A program made the position numbers and the translations under genes. Under the pieces are notes generated by a model. That model was not told the DNA's origin. It saw nothing but the letters and a program-made list of their open reading frames with translations, and searched no databases. Shown here one piece after another: positions 48,745 to 61,241 of a DNA stretch of 64,000 nucleotides; position 1 is the first letter of the stretch, and every line of letters begins with the position of its first letter. This stretch comes from Octopus bimaculoides (Eukaryota): assembly GCF_001194135.2 (NCBI RefSeq), contig NC_068992.1:27799936-27863935 (forward strand), in the 5' to 3' direction.

Positions 48745-49010
48745 CTCGTCGTCTTTATTGATAGTTACTAGTTAATAATATTATTTTAACTACTAGTAGT
48801 TCCTTCTTGTCCTCACATAGTAGTAAAATAGAGTTGGGTGTTCAATAAATGAGATATAATGAAACGACAACCTAGTATCTAAGTAAAGTGAAAATAACTT
48901 GTCTACTGTGGGTGGCGGTGAGGCAGAAAATACAAGAAATAAATACAAATTCCTCTGCCCTCTCCTGCTAGTGCTGCTGCTGCTGATGACAGGTGATGTC
49001 ACATTCTGGA
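48745..49010 (-). other. Candidate 5'UTR exon of the minus-strand host gene
   Basis: Donor GACGAG|GTAAGA at 48745/48744 in unique, non-repeat sequence upstream of the first coding exon. The 5' boundary is approximate. Confidence 0.4.
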
Positions 49011-49412
49011 ATATCTCTCACTAATCGTTCTTTATTCCCATGTGGTTTCACCGAACTATCATTCTATAATTCTATAATTCCGTTGTTCTGTTAATTACAT
49101 AAACTTGACAACGCCTTTTGTTTTATTGTTTTACAGTATTCTCTTTGTTTTATTTTCAATTTCTCCTTGTTTTATTTTCATTTTCTCTTTGTTTTCTTTT
49201 CTTTTGTTTCCCCACTTTTTTTTTCACAAAGTCTTCCTTTATTTCCTCCCAAAATAAACTCAACTAAATAATTGGACATTGACAAGGAATTTTTTCTGAA
49301 CATTTGTTTCTTTGAATTAAAAAAAATTCGCATAACTATTTTTTTTTTTTACTCATTTCAGTGATTGAACTATTGCCATACTAGGGCATCGAATTATTAT
49401 TATTATTATTAT

Positions 49413-49763
49413 TTTATGTTTGACTTTTGTTTTGCATTTGTACAAGTCTCACCCAGAGACCTCAAGAGACAACAAGTTAGAAGTTCATGTAGGTGTTATG
49501 CCTAGGGTACCATATATTTGGATTTGTACAGTTTTGTTCTAGTGAATGTTTAAGAAACCATAAGAAAATTATGTGTTTGTTTTAAAATTTGAGATCACAT
49601 AGGCAGTATTTTACGTAGGATATGGGCAGTTCCCATGAGCACTATCTTTTGAACTTCAACCATTTTGGGGTTTCCTGGTATCTGAGCTAGGTAGTAATCA
49701 GCCCGTTTCGCTGTCATTCCCAGGGCACCTATGACAATAGGTATTGTTTTCATCTTCAGACGA
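49413..49763 (-). mobile_element. R4/Dong/NeSL-type (RLE endonuclease) LINE 3' end inserted in (TAA)n
   Basis: KTIPIVIGALGMTAKRADYYLAQIPGNPKMVEVQKIVLMGTAHILRKIL*; (ATT)n tracts on both flanks. Confidence 0.8.
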
Positions 49764-50749
49764 AATTATTATTATTATNNNNNNNNNNACAATTTGTTTC
49801 GAAATAATTATAATTCCATTCCCAGCTTGCATGTAGGACTATCAAATCGTCCTCAGTACTGACTGGTATTTTGTTTTAATGACTCTGAAACCCTGGAGGG
49901 ATTTGAACTCGAAACGTAAATAGTTGGGCTGAGTTTTGGAATAACTGTCGATCAAAGGCACATACCTCATAGGGGAAAAAAAAGAATAACAGCAAAAACG
50001 CAAAACAAATTGAAATTTTTGGAAAAAATTTTTTTTCAGAATTTTAATTTCCATAGGGACTTCAATGGACAGTTGATGCAAAACTCCACCAATCTCCATA
50101 ACTTAATTCCACAAGGAAATGTAACAGATGATCTCCTGATTCTTCCAGTTCACTGCTTGAGATGCATTGTTAAATCTTTTTATTCTTTTAAGCTTGACAA
50201 ATTTCATCCAAATGTTAAACTTGTACAGATGTTGGGTTTGGGCCCAGGTCAGATTTAATCAAGCAAATCTCTCTAGTCAAAGACATTCCAGTCGCAACTC
50301 TTCTAATTTTTTTTCTGACACAGTACATCTAAGATTGTATTATCCAATGTGTCTCATTCTCTTATGACAGCTTGTAATTTGAGTGAAATTTAGCAGCTAT
50401 TTCCAGCAAGGTCAAGTGACCATGTAGATGTGTCTTTGTTGGTCAGGAAAGAATAAGTTTTAATTTGGCAACCCTGAACAGATTTATGATCAAAGATGCC
50501 ACATAAAAAGCATTGGTGTGGGAGCCGGTGCCATTTAAGAAGCATAGGTGATGGTGCCACATAAAAAAGCTCCAGTACACTGGTGAAAGTGGTTGGTGTT
50601 AGGAAGGGCATCCAGGTATAGAGACCAAGCCAAATCAGACTATGGAATCTGGTACAGCCCTTGTCCTCACCAGTTACTGCCAAACCCTCCAACCCATGCC
50701 AGCATAGAAAATGGACATTAAATGGTGGTGGTGGTGCTGCTGCTGCTGC

Positions 50750-50789
<40 letters not shown>

Positions 50790-53243
50790 AATGATGGTAC
50801 TTCATTCTCTTATATTGTTCTCACATAATCTATGTCTATCATCAGCCTCATTAGCAGCATCCATGTTCTTACTGGCATGAGTTGCCTAATACAATATGCT
50901 TTTTTTCCCCCTTTTTTTCTTTCTTTTTTGACATGGTAGGAAATGATTTGAAGATTTGGCCAAGCTTTGTGTGATGGCTGCTACTTCAACACGCTGTTCA
51001 TAAGACTAGTTGCTTGCATGTATCTTGAACACATACAGGTTTGGCCTTTTAAACCCAGCACTCCATTGCCCAGCATAATTTAAATCTGTACCTTGTTCTA
51101 TTGTGTTTGGTTTTAGATTATATATTCCATGAAGCAAAATCTTTTTTTTGAAGTATTGTTAGTCTTATTTCCTGCATGAATCTTTTTTTTTTTTTTTTTG
51201 CTATAAGACATCAATATATATTTAGAGCAAAATGTGATGAGCTGGCAGAATCATTAGCACGTGGGACAAAATGCTTAGCAGCATTTTGTCCATCTTTACA
51301 TTCTGAGTTCAAATNNNNNNNNNNNNNNNNNNNNNCTTGAAATTGCTGGCCTTGTGTCAAAATTTGAAATTAGTATATACTTAGAGCGAAATAGCAGGAC
51401 TATATTCACATAGGGAATCTTGTTAGGAATCAATTTCTGTTTTCCAGTATTCTTCCGTGATTCAACAAAGGCCAAGTCCCAAAGTTATCAAACTTAAGAG
51501 GCCCAACTTGTAGTTTTAAAACCTCAAATACCCTTGTAACCTTAACTGTTGGTATCTACATTAAACATTCAGTGAAATAAGGAGCTGATCACATTGAGTT
51601 GGAGTAAACATTTTATTTTCAAACGTTTAAAAATTAAAAAAATCAAACATGATAAATATATCAAAATTAAGGTAAAAAGTTGAAGAGAATAAGGAAATTA
51701 TTATCTGTCACCACTTTCATTCCTTTATTCATCATTTTGGTCATGCTTCCCTTGAGCTCACAGAGATGAGACAACATTGAGAAGAGAGGATTCTTTAGTG
51801 TTGTAAGAGACAAGGCAACCTCTTTAGTGCTGGTGCTGTGATAAAATAAGCTGAATACACTTTGTAAAGTGGATGGTGCTAGGAAGAGCAGCCAGTGATA
51901 GAAATCAGGTCATAATATAATATAATACAAGTGAGACATTGTCCACAATTCATCTGGAAGTGGGGAAATGGTTGTAACTCAAAATATAAAGTGACTCAAG
52001 TTATAAAAAATTATTCAGCCCATTCCAGCATAAAAAAAGAAGATGAGATGAAAAGGATAAGGATAAATTGAAAGGTGGACGTATTTTCTTTTCATTTTGT
52101 GAATTTTCAGTTATACCAAGTTTTTTTCTTTTTCTTTGCTTTTTTTTTTCTAGATAACATTATGGTGTTTTAGCTGAGAGGAGTTTGTCAAAGAGACACA
52201 AAGTTTGTTTTGCATTCTACTTCCTTCTATTATGAATCTGTGATCCTGCTGCACTGCCTACATTTTCTCTCATAGCTCCTGATCTCTCATCAAAATCATC
52301 CTTGCCTTGACCATACAACATACCTGTTGTCGTTCTTTCAGGCATAGTGTATTAAGACCAGGCTATCAAATATGTCCTTCCTTTAAAAAAAACATCTAGT
52401 TTGACTTAAGGGAAATCTGGGTAGCATTTCTAATAGATTAAGCAGATTAAGACTGGAGTCTGGAGCAGTCCCTCAGCTTACCAGCCTTGGTCAAACTCTC
52501 CAACTCATGCCAGCATGGACAACAGAAGTTAAATGATGATGATGATGATGATAAGCAATTGTTTAGAAGAGGTAATAAAATCAAGTACAATCTCATGTCC
52601 TAGGATAAATAGGGCCAGTCACCTGGTTTCCATGAAGTATAAGTGACAAAGATTACAACATTGCCTCCTCAACAGAATATCAGTCCACCATAGGGTTACT
52701 CATTCACAGCTGAACCAAACAGAGCAACATAAAATAGAGTGTTTTGCTCAAGAACACAATACATTGATTGGTTCAGGAATCAAAACTATGATCTTGAAAT
52801 TTTGAGTGCAACACCCTAACCACAAAGCCCATACAACTTTGTAGGAGAAATAAGAAACCTTTTTATTATTTGGAGAAAATTGCAAGTACATAGAATCAGT
52901 AAAAGTACATCTGTATGGAGACATATTAGTAAAGTTGCCCTCTAATTACAATCCTAACATTTTAGATAAGGAATGGACATATAGAATTGCATTGCCCCCA
53001 CCCACCAAGAAGAGAAATAAGATGGTTACAGCTGGAATGTTTTTGATCATGGGTTTGTTTAATTAAAGCTGACCTGAGACTAAACAACAATGAAAAATGT
53101 TCTTTATGAAAATGTTTGGGTTTATTTTGCTTTCAACAGAAGAAAATGATGTTGTTTTGACATCAGTTATTCTTATGACAAAGATCATCTGAAAACCTTT
53201 TTCACATATCAACCATTGTTACACAAAAGTAATCGTAATAATG

Positions 53244-53308
<65 letters not shown>

Positions 53309-54047
53309 GTGGCTGTGCAAGTATAAATGTAATCGAAATATTTTGTTATGACATTTAATAAACTTATGTCTAGTTTCTAGTTACTGGACAAACAAAAAGA
53401 AAACTTAGGCACATCTAAGCAGTCAATCGCCTTGCAAGAAATAGCAGCCAAATTCTCTTCATAGCAATTTTTAAACAATGCACTTCAAGGTATCAGCTTA
53501 TGACAATGGTATCCCAAACACATTTCAAATTTTTTAAAATATTATTTAAGACTAAAAAGTTCATATTAATCATTGAAAAATGAATTGACCATTGTTTTTG
53601 CTAAACATAAATATACCAATAAGTCAAAGAAATTGAGAATCTCTATTTATTCTTAAATTTTACAAAGCAGAGGTTTGCTACTTAGATTACTGGTATGCTC
53701 TTCAAATTTAACAAGGAGGGCTTTATGTGACCACTGGAGCTGCTTGAAATAACAGCCTAAATATCATCAATGAGCATTTTCAAACTTGAGTGTGTATTAG
53801 AATTTCGCTTAAAGCAAGTAGAGGGTCCCATTGTCTTCATTGTTGTTTGGCCCCATTTTCAAGAGTGTGGCTGTGTGGTAAGAAGATTGCTTCCCAACCA
53901 TACTGTTCTGGATTCAATCCCACTGCGTGGCACCTTTGGCAAGTGTCTTATACTATAGCCTCAGGTCAACCAAAATCTTGTGAGTGGATTTGATAGACAG
54001 AAACTGAAAGAAGCCTGTCATCTATATATATATATATATATATATAT

Positions 54048-54970
54048 GGGAGAATATGCAAATAATAACAACAGACGAGGACAGGTGGTGTAAATAACAA
54101 AAGGATATATTAGTATGACGCTCGGGAATACGGAAAGTCTTTGACGTTTCGAGCTACGCTCTTCAACAGAAAGAATACGGAGACAAGGAGAAAACACGGA
54201 GAAAAAAAAAAAATTGAATAGTGTTCAGTCAACGGTCAATCATGTGTGTGTATATATATNNNNNNNNNNNNNNNNNNNNNNNNNNNNNNNNNNNNNNNNN
54301 NNNNNNNNNNNNNNNNNNNNNNNNNNNNNNNNNNNNNNNNNNNNNNNNNNNNNNNNNNNNNNNNNNNNNNNNNNNNNNNNNNNNNNNNNNNNNNNNNNNN
54401 NNNNNNNNNNNNNNNNNNNNNNNNNNNNNNNNNNNNNNNNNNNNNNNNNNNNNNNNNNNNNNNNNNNNNNNNNNNNNNNNNNNNNNNNNNNNNNNNNNNN
54501 NNNNNNNNNNNNNNNNNNNNNNNNNNNNNNNNNNNNNNNNNNNNNNNNNNNNNNNNNNNNNNNNNNNNNNNNNNNNNNNNNNNNNNNNNNNNNNNNNNNN
54601 NNNNNNNNNNNNNNNNNNNNNNNNNNNNNNNNNNNNNNNNNNNNNNNNNNNNNNNNNNNNNNNNNNNNNNNNNNNNNNNNNNNNNNNNNNNNNNNNNNNN
54701 NNNNNNNNNNNNNNNNNNNNNNNNNNNNNNNNNNNNNNNNNNNNNNNNNNNNNNNNNNNNNNNNNNNNNNNNNNNNNNNNNNNNNNNNNNNNNNNNNNNN
54801 NNNNNNNNNNNNNNNNNNNNNNNNNNNNNNNNNNNNNNNNNNNNNNNNNNNNNNNNNNNNNNNNTATATATATATATATATATATATGGGAGAATATGCA
54901 AATAATAACAACAGACGAGGACAGGTGGTGTAAATAACAAAAGTATATATTAGTATGACGCTCGGGAATA
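54048..54970. repeat. 83-bp direct repeats (54048-54130 and 54888-54970) flanking an N gap, within (TA)n
   Basis: Offset 840 bp, one mismatch seen. Confidence 0.8.
54138..54174 (-). ncRNA. Minimal hammerhead-like motif (A6U variant)
   Basis: UCUUU CUGUUGA A GAGC-gua-GCUC GAAA C GUC^ AAAGA. Confidence 0.55.
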
Positions 54971-55259
54971 TATATATATATATATGTATGTATGTCTATA
55001 CCTATGTGTGTGTGCATCTTTGTGACTGTGTTCCCCCCCACCATCACCGCTTGACAACCGGTGTTGGTGTGTATACGTGCCCATAACTTAGCGGTTTGGC
55101 AAAAATGACTGATAGAATAAGTACCAGGCTTTTAAAAAAGATATGTCTTGGAGTTGAGTTGTTGAACTAAAAACCCCTTCAAGGCAGTGCTCCAGCATGG
55201 TCACAGTCAACTGACTGAAACAAGTAAAAGAATAAAAGAATAAATGTGTTCGAGCCTTA

Positions 55260-55684
55260 CCCATCCAGTCTTATGCATATCTTGGACTACATTGTTCATT
55301 GTGCTCTTCATGTAGTGATACAATCACACAACTTTCCATAATTGTACATTCAGGTCAGATGTGGGGGCATGCACTATTGTGGAGTTTTGCTGCATTTATC
55401 ATTTGTTGGTATATATCCGGGTCCTCCCAGGTGACCCCTCAACCAGAATCCCAATCAGTCTCGATCTCCATGAGATCCATGATCAGCTGCTGTGCCCATG
55501 TGCAGATTTGTATGCTTTGATTTATGTATGTATTCTCATGCATATCATTGCATGTCTAGACATGAGCATATATACTTAAATGATAAACTTCTGGAAAGGC
55601 TTACGGATTGTTACAGTTCCAGTGATGGTTTGGATCTGTAGTCTTCAAATCAGCTTTCTCCTTTCTGGTTTTGAGAAGCCTAAT
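55260..55684 (-). mobile_element. Further 3' fragment of the same RLE-type LINE
   Basis: 55495-55684 aligns by eye to 56466-56655 with scattered mismatches. Confidence 0.6.
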
Positions 55685-55790
55685 ATGTATGAATGTATGC
55701 ATGTATGTATGTATGTATGTATGTATGTATGTATGTATGTATGTATGCATGCATACATGCATGGATGTATGTCTGTATGTAATTATTATG

Positions 55791-56290
55791 TGTGAAGTGG
55801 AGTGAAAGTATTTGAAGAGACCAGGATAACGCATACAAGACTCAAGAGAGATTTAAAGAAGAATATTATGATCAAGAAGGTGAATCACAATGACCTTTTT
55901 GTCTGCACAGTTGGTGACAGACCATGCCTTTCTTTTGCTGGGCTTAAATCTCATTTGCGAACCCATGGAAAACAAACCTCCACCAACTATTCTGCCTATA
56001 TGTCTGTGCACACCTTTCAGTGCAATGTATGCCAGAAGGTCAGCAAATCTAACGGAGGCCTCAAAAGATATTTTAAGATCCACAAATATTAGAACTTAAC
56101 AGCAGCTCTTGGTGGTCCAGATCAGATATGCAATCGACATGGGTGTCTTTTCAAAACATTGCCTGGTTTTAAAAGCCACTTCAAATGCCATGATGGTTCT
56201 AAGGTGTAAGCACAGGAGGTGGTCAAACTCTGCACAGGAGGTGGTCAAACTCTGCACAGGAGTAGACAACCACCAAACAACCACCAATTA
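55791..56290 (+). mobile_element. LINE 3' end (probably RTE) encoding three C2H2 zinc fingers, set in (TATG)n
   Basis: FVCTVGDRPCLSFAGLKSHLRTH, FQCNVCQKVSKSNGGLKRYFKIH, ICNRHGCLFKTLPGFKSHFKCH; one internal stop; short 3'UTR and (TATG)n tail; second copy at 21604-21880. Confidence 0.7.
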
Positions 56291-56465
56291 TGTTTCTATG
56301 TATGTATGTATGTATGTGTGTCATTATTCTGTTTCATTTCCAAATGTATTGCCAATAGAAAAAGAGCTCATTCCTAATCTCAGTCCAAGTTCTTCATTGG
56401 AATTTCAACAATATCAATGCGGTAGTGTTGTATGTATGTATTTATATGTGCAGTATTTGGAGTCA

Positions 56466-56812
56466 GTGCATGTGCAGATATGTATGTCTTGATTTATGTA
56501 TGTATTCTCATGCATATAGTTGCATTTCTAGACATACTCATACATACTTAAATAATAAACTTCTGGAAAGTCTTACAGACTTTTACAGTTCCAGTGATGG
56601 TTGAGATCTGTAGTCTTTAAACCAGCTTCCTTCTTTCTGGTTTTGAGAAGCCTAATTTCTCAAAATTGGTGCTTAGGTAGTGTGTTACATATCCCAGGGC
56701 TTCAAAAATTACAGATATAAATCTGAACTTGTAATCTGGATAGAATAACTGCAGATTTCTCAATAGTTCAGCTTAGGGATTTTCCTTTTAGCTAATCTTT
56801 AGCTTTATGTTA
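56466..56812 (-). mobile_element. RLE-type LINE 3' end (second family)
   Basis: [49 protein letters not shown], degenerate; about 190 bp is repeated at 55495-55684. Confidence 0.7.
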
Positions 56813-57383
56813 TGAAAGCACATGGCTCAGTGATTAGAGCTTCAGGTTCACAATCATGAGGTAGTGAGTTCAATTCCCAGACCAGGCTGTGCTGTGTTCT
56901 TGGGTAAGACACTTTATTTCATGTTGCTCCAGTTCACTCAGCTGTAGAAATAAGTTATGATGTCACTGGTGCCAAGCTGTATCGGCCTTTCCCTTGGATA
57001 ATATCAGTGGCATGGATTGGGGAGACTAGTATGGATGGGCAACTTTTGGTCTTCCATAAACAACCTTACCCAACATTTTGCTTTGGAGGGAAACTTTCTA
57101 GGTGCAATTCCATGACTGTTTTACCCCAGCTTTTTGTTAATATCTGCTGGGCAGCTGATTTCTACTACTGTACACAATTTCTCTTTTCTGCCCCAAATCA
57201 CTATGTCTGGTTTATTATGTTTACCATTTTATTGAGGTTTTCACTGGGACATTTCACTGGTATATCTTATTATGAGGGGCTATGGCCTCTAACATACTGT
57301 GGATTCTTATTTCTTTCATTTCAGGTTTATCTTTCTGACAAATCTCATCATACAGTGTCCTGGCTATGTATGTATATATGTAT

Positions 57384-57761
57384 GTTGTTGTTGTTGGCAC
57401 TCCGTCGCTTACGACGTCAAGAGTTCCAGTTGATCCGATCAACGGAACAGCCTGCTCGTGAAATTAACATGCAAGTGGCTGAGCACTCCACAGACACGTG
57501 TACCCTTAACGTAGTTCTCGAGGATATTCAGCGTGACACAGTGTGACAAGGCTGACCCTTTGAATTACAGGCACAACAGAAACAGAAAGTAAGAGTGAGA
57601 GAAAGTTGTGGTGAAAGAGTACAGCAGGGTTCGCCACCATCCCCTGCCGGAGTCTCGTGGGCGTTGTCAATAAACACTCACAACGCCCGGTCTGGGAATC
57701 GAAACTGCGATCCTATGACTGCGAGTCCGCTGCCCTAACCACTGGGCCATTGTGCCTCCAC
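57384..57761 (-). mobile_element. Second copy of the 39817 SINE family
   Basis: High identity to 39817-40198 with a small deletion; (CAA)n tail. Confidence 0.9.
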
Positions 57762-58299
57762 TGTATGTATGTATGCATGTACATATACATGCCTGTGTTT
57801 TTCTGTTGTCTTAGAGAGAGTGAAAGTTTAAAAAAGGGTAGTGTGTATATGTGTGTGTGTGTTTATACAAACCAGGCTGAGTAACTAGCCACTGGCTTGT
57901 TCCAGCTTTACTCTGGGGCTAATTTCTAAGCATAGCTTTTTAAATACTACTACAAAACAAGCTCTGGGAGAGAATCTATTGGATGGTTGCTAGTTGGTCT
58001 GTTATAACCAATCAAAATAGAAACAAACTTGATCTATATTAGATTGGTTTTTACTTTGGTGTAAATGTATACATAAAGCAAACTGGCCAGTCTGAATGTT
58101 GTTTAGCAGTTTCTGCTGTAACTGATGGCTTGTAGAATTATATCTAACAGATAAATAATGGTTGGTTAAGACCAAACTTAGTGGGAGCCGAGATTTTCAT
58201 AGAGTTAACGTTTGTGCGGTTATATTTGACTGTACGTGAGTGGATAAAAGACTAACAGAAAGAAATAAGTATGGAAGGCTAGCAACAGCAAATTGTACA

Positions 58300-58336
<37 letters not shown>

Positions 58337-59110
58337 TTCATTCTGAGTTACAGATTGCGTTTTGAAGATTTCCTATTTTTTCCAACAATTCTCTCTTTCA
58401 TCATTGAGAACTAGCTTTAAAATAGTATGACTATTGTTTCATCTCTTACCTAAACTTAACTAATGACATACACACATACTTGTATACACACATACATACA
58501 TACATACATACATCATCCTCATCCTCATCCTCATCATCATTATCATCATCATATACATCTCTGCAGTCTTGGAGGTTGAGCAAAGCTCATGGCTACTGCA
58601 CCCTTCAACTGAATAAACCTAAGCCATCTATTTTTAAAGAAAAAATCATTACACTCATTATCAAAATTAAATCTTTGAAGTAATATTTAAACATCTGATC
58701 TTCATAGAAAATACAGGCTAACTGACCCTCACCANNNNNNNNNNNNNNNNNNNNNNNNNNNNNNNNNNNNNNNNNNNNNNNNNNNNNNNNNNNNNNNNNN
58801 NNNNNNNNNNNNNNNNNNNNNNNNNNNNNNNNNNNNNNNNNNNNNNNNNNNNNNNNNNNNNNNNNNNNNNNNNNNNNNNNNNNNNNNNNNNNNNNNNNNN
58901 NNNNNNNNNNNNNNNNNNNNNNNNNNNNNNNNNNNNNNNNNNNNNNNNNNNNNNNNNNNNNNNNNNNNNNNNNNNNNNNNNNNNNNNNNNNNNNNNNNNN
59001 NNNNNNNNNNNNNNNNNNNNNNNNNNNNNNNNNNNNNNNNNNNNNNNNNNNNNNNNNNNNNNNNNNNNNNNNNNNNNNNNNNNNNNNNNNNNNNNNNNNN
59101 NNNNNNNNNN

Positions 59111-59219
59111 AACACACGCACTGGTTCAGTCCTTTATTAATTTATAAACAGTATATAGTTTTTTGTTAAATCATTTAACTGTTTATAAATTAATAAAGGA
59201 CTGAACCAGTGCATGTGTT
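59111..59219. repeat. Hairpin, 42-bp arms with 1 mismatch and a 25-nt loop
   Basis: 59111-59152 pairs with 59178-59219; the left end abuts an N gap. Confidence 0.9.
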
Positions 59220-59313
59220 TATTACCGGCATAATGCCTCTCTCAAGGTTTAATTGTATTTCTTTCAACACACGTATCCATATCAAGAATCTTGCACACGA
59301 AATACACATACAA

Positions 59314-59403
<90 letters not shown>

Positions 59404-59414
59404 AGCATATATCC

Positions 59415-60710
59415 TAATTCCTAATGTGGATTTCAGGCTGGAATAGGCACAGCTGTCATGATTTTTGCCCTTCAGCAAGTTCAAGAAAAAGCATGTAATC
59501 AAAATATTGACTTGTACCAAGTCTTTGTCAACTTGACCAGTGAATCATTAGGCACTCTGGAAAATTTTGTCAAAAGTTGGTCATCCTGATAAAATGATAA
59601 GGGTTATAGTATCTCAGCACAAAGGAATGATGGCAACAGTGTTCAGAGGTATTTACTGTTCCCACTGGAACCAAACAGGGTCATNNNNNNNNNNTTTTTT
59701 TTTTTTTTTTTTTCCATATTTTCAACATGCTTTTAGGGATTACCATGAAAGTGTAAAATTTCAATTTTGCACAGGAGGTCTACTAAACCTAAAAGGGCAA
59801 TGTTTCAGATTAAAGAAAAAGACCAAAGAAGAGATTCTATATGACTTTCTGTCTGCTGATGATTGCATTTTGATTCCTCATGCATTTGAGGGAATTCAGG
59901 AAATAATTGACAGGTTTGCTGTGTCAGCTTCTGCATTTGAACTTACTATCAGCATCAAGAAGACTGAAGTTTTATTCCAACCAAAACATGGGGCAGAACA
60001 TATTCAAGGGTCAAATGTGATGAGTGACAACAAGCCACTCAAATGGGTCAGGTCATTTAAATATCTTGGAAAAACAATAAACGTTAAGAGTACTCGTGAT
60101 GAGGAAATCAATGTTAGAATATCTAAGGCAACAAGTGCTTTTGGAAAACTTACCCATCGTTTGTGGGATGAACATAGTGTTAGTCTGAAAACTAAAATAA
60201 GTGTATGCAAATCTTGTATTTTGAGCACACTTTTGTATGGGGTAGAAGCACGGACTCCCTACTACAAACATATAAAGAAACTTGGAACCTTTCACATGTG
60301 CTGTCTGTGCAATATCTGTAACATAAGATATCAAATAGCAAGACAAGATATCAAATGTCAAAATCTTAAAAAAAAATGTAATATCTCCAGCATCAAACAC
60401 ATGCTGCTGAGAATTCAGTGCAGATGGTTAGGATGTTGTTTGAACAAAAGATGACTACATTCCGAAAATTCTTTTGTAAGACTAATAAGCAGAGGGACAC
60501 TACAATAAGGGAAGACCTATCCCCAGACACAAAAATAAGTTGAAGTAATTGCTAAAGTCTATACAACTTGATTTGAGATCTTGAGAAAGTCATTGCCTAG
60601 ATCGATCTGCATGGTGTAAAATGTGTCATGATGCACCCAATCTGAGTTGAAGAAGCAGAGCTATAAAAGAATTATATCCTGATATCAACAGACACATTTG
60701 TCCAATTCCA
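59415..60710 (+). mobile_element. Degenerate RTE/BovB-type LINE reverse transcriptase fragment
   Basis: CGFQAGIGTAVMIFALQQVQEK, FLSADDC, TISIKKTEV, FKYLG, RISKATSAFGKL, LSTLLYG motifs. Confidence 0.9.
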
Positions 60711-60974
60711 GGCAAAATCAAAATCATCAATGATCCAGGAGTGGACAAGGATTCTGTACTGGGGTCAATAAAATTAACTTCATCCTCCCAAAAATTGCTG
60801 ATCTTATGCCAAAATTTGAAACCATTATTATTAGTATTATCATTATTATTATTATCATCATCATCATCATCATCATCATTATTGTTATATTTATTATTAT
60901 TATTATNNNNNNNNNNGAGAGTGTCATTATTATTATTATCATCATCATCATCATCATCATCATTATTGTTATAT

Positions 60975-61011
<37 letters not shown>

Positions 61012-61205
61012 TATTATCATCATCATTATCATCATCGTTATTATTATTGTTGTTATTATTATTGTTATTATATTTCGCCAAGGTCGACTTCACCTTTCAT
61101 CCTTTTGGGGGTCAATAAAATAAGTACCAGTTCTGTACTGGGGTTAATGTAATCGATTACCCACTTCCCCAGAATTTCAGGCCTTGTGCCTTTAGTAGAA
61201 AGGAC

Positions 61206-61241
<36 letters not shown>

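Noticed and set aside
49690-49760. CUGAAGA...GAAA as a further hammerhead
   Set aside because: No stem II or III; it lies within the RLE-LINE coding remnant.
55802-56092. 96-aa C2H2 ORF as a host zinc-finger gene
   Set aside because: No splice context, an internal stop before the third finger, a retroelement-type tail and a dispersed paralogue.
60626-61123. Poly-N/D/I/L ORFs and a duplicated microsatellite block around a 10-N gap
   Set aside because: Trinucleotide-repeat translations; the duplication is probably a contig-overlap artefact.
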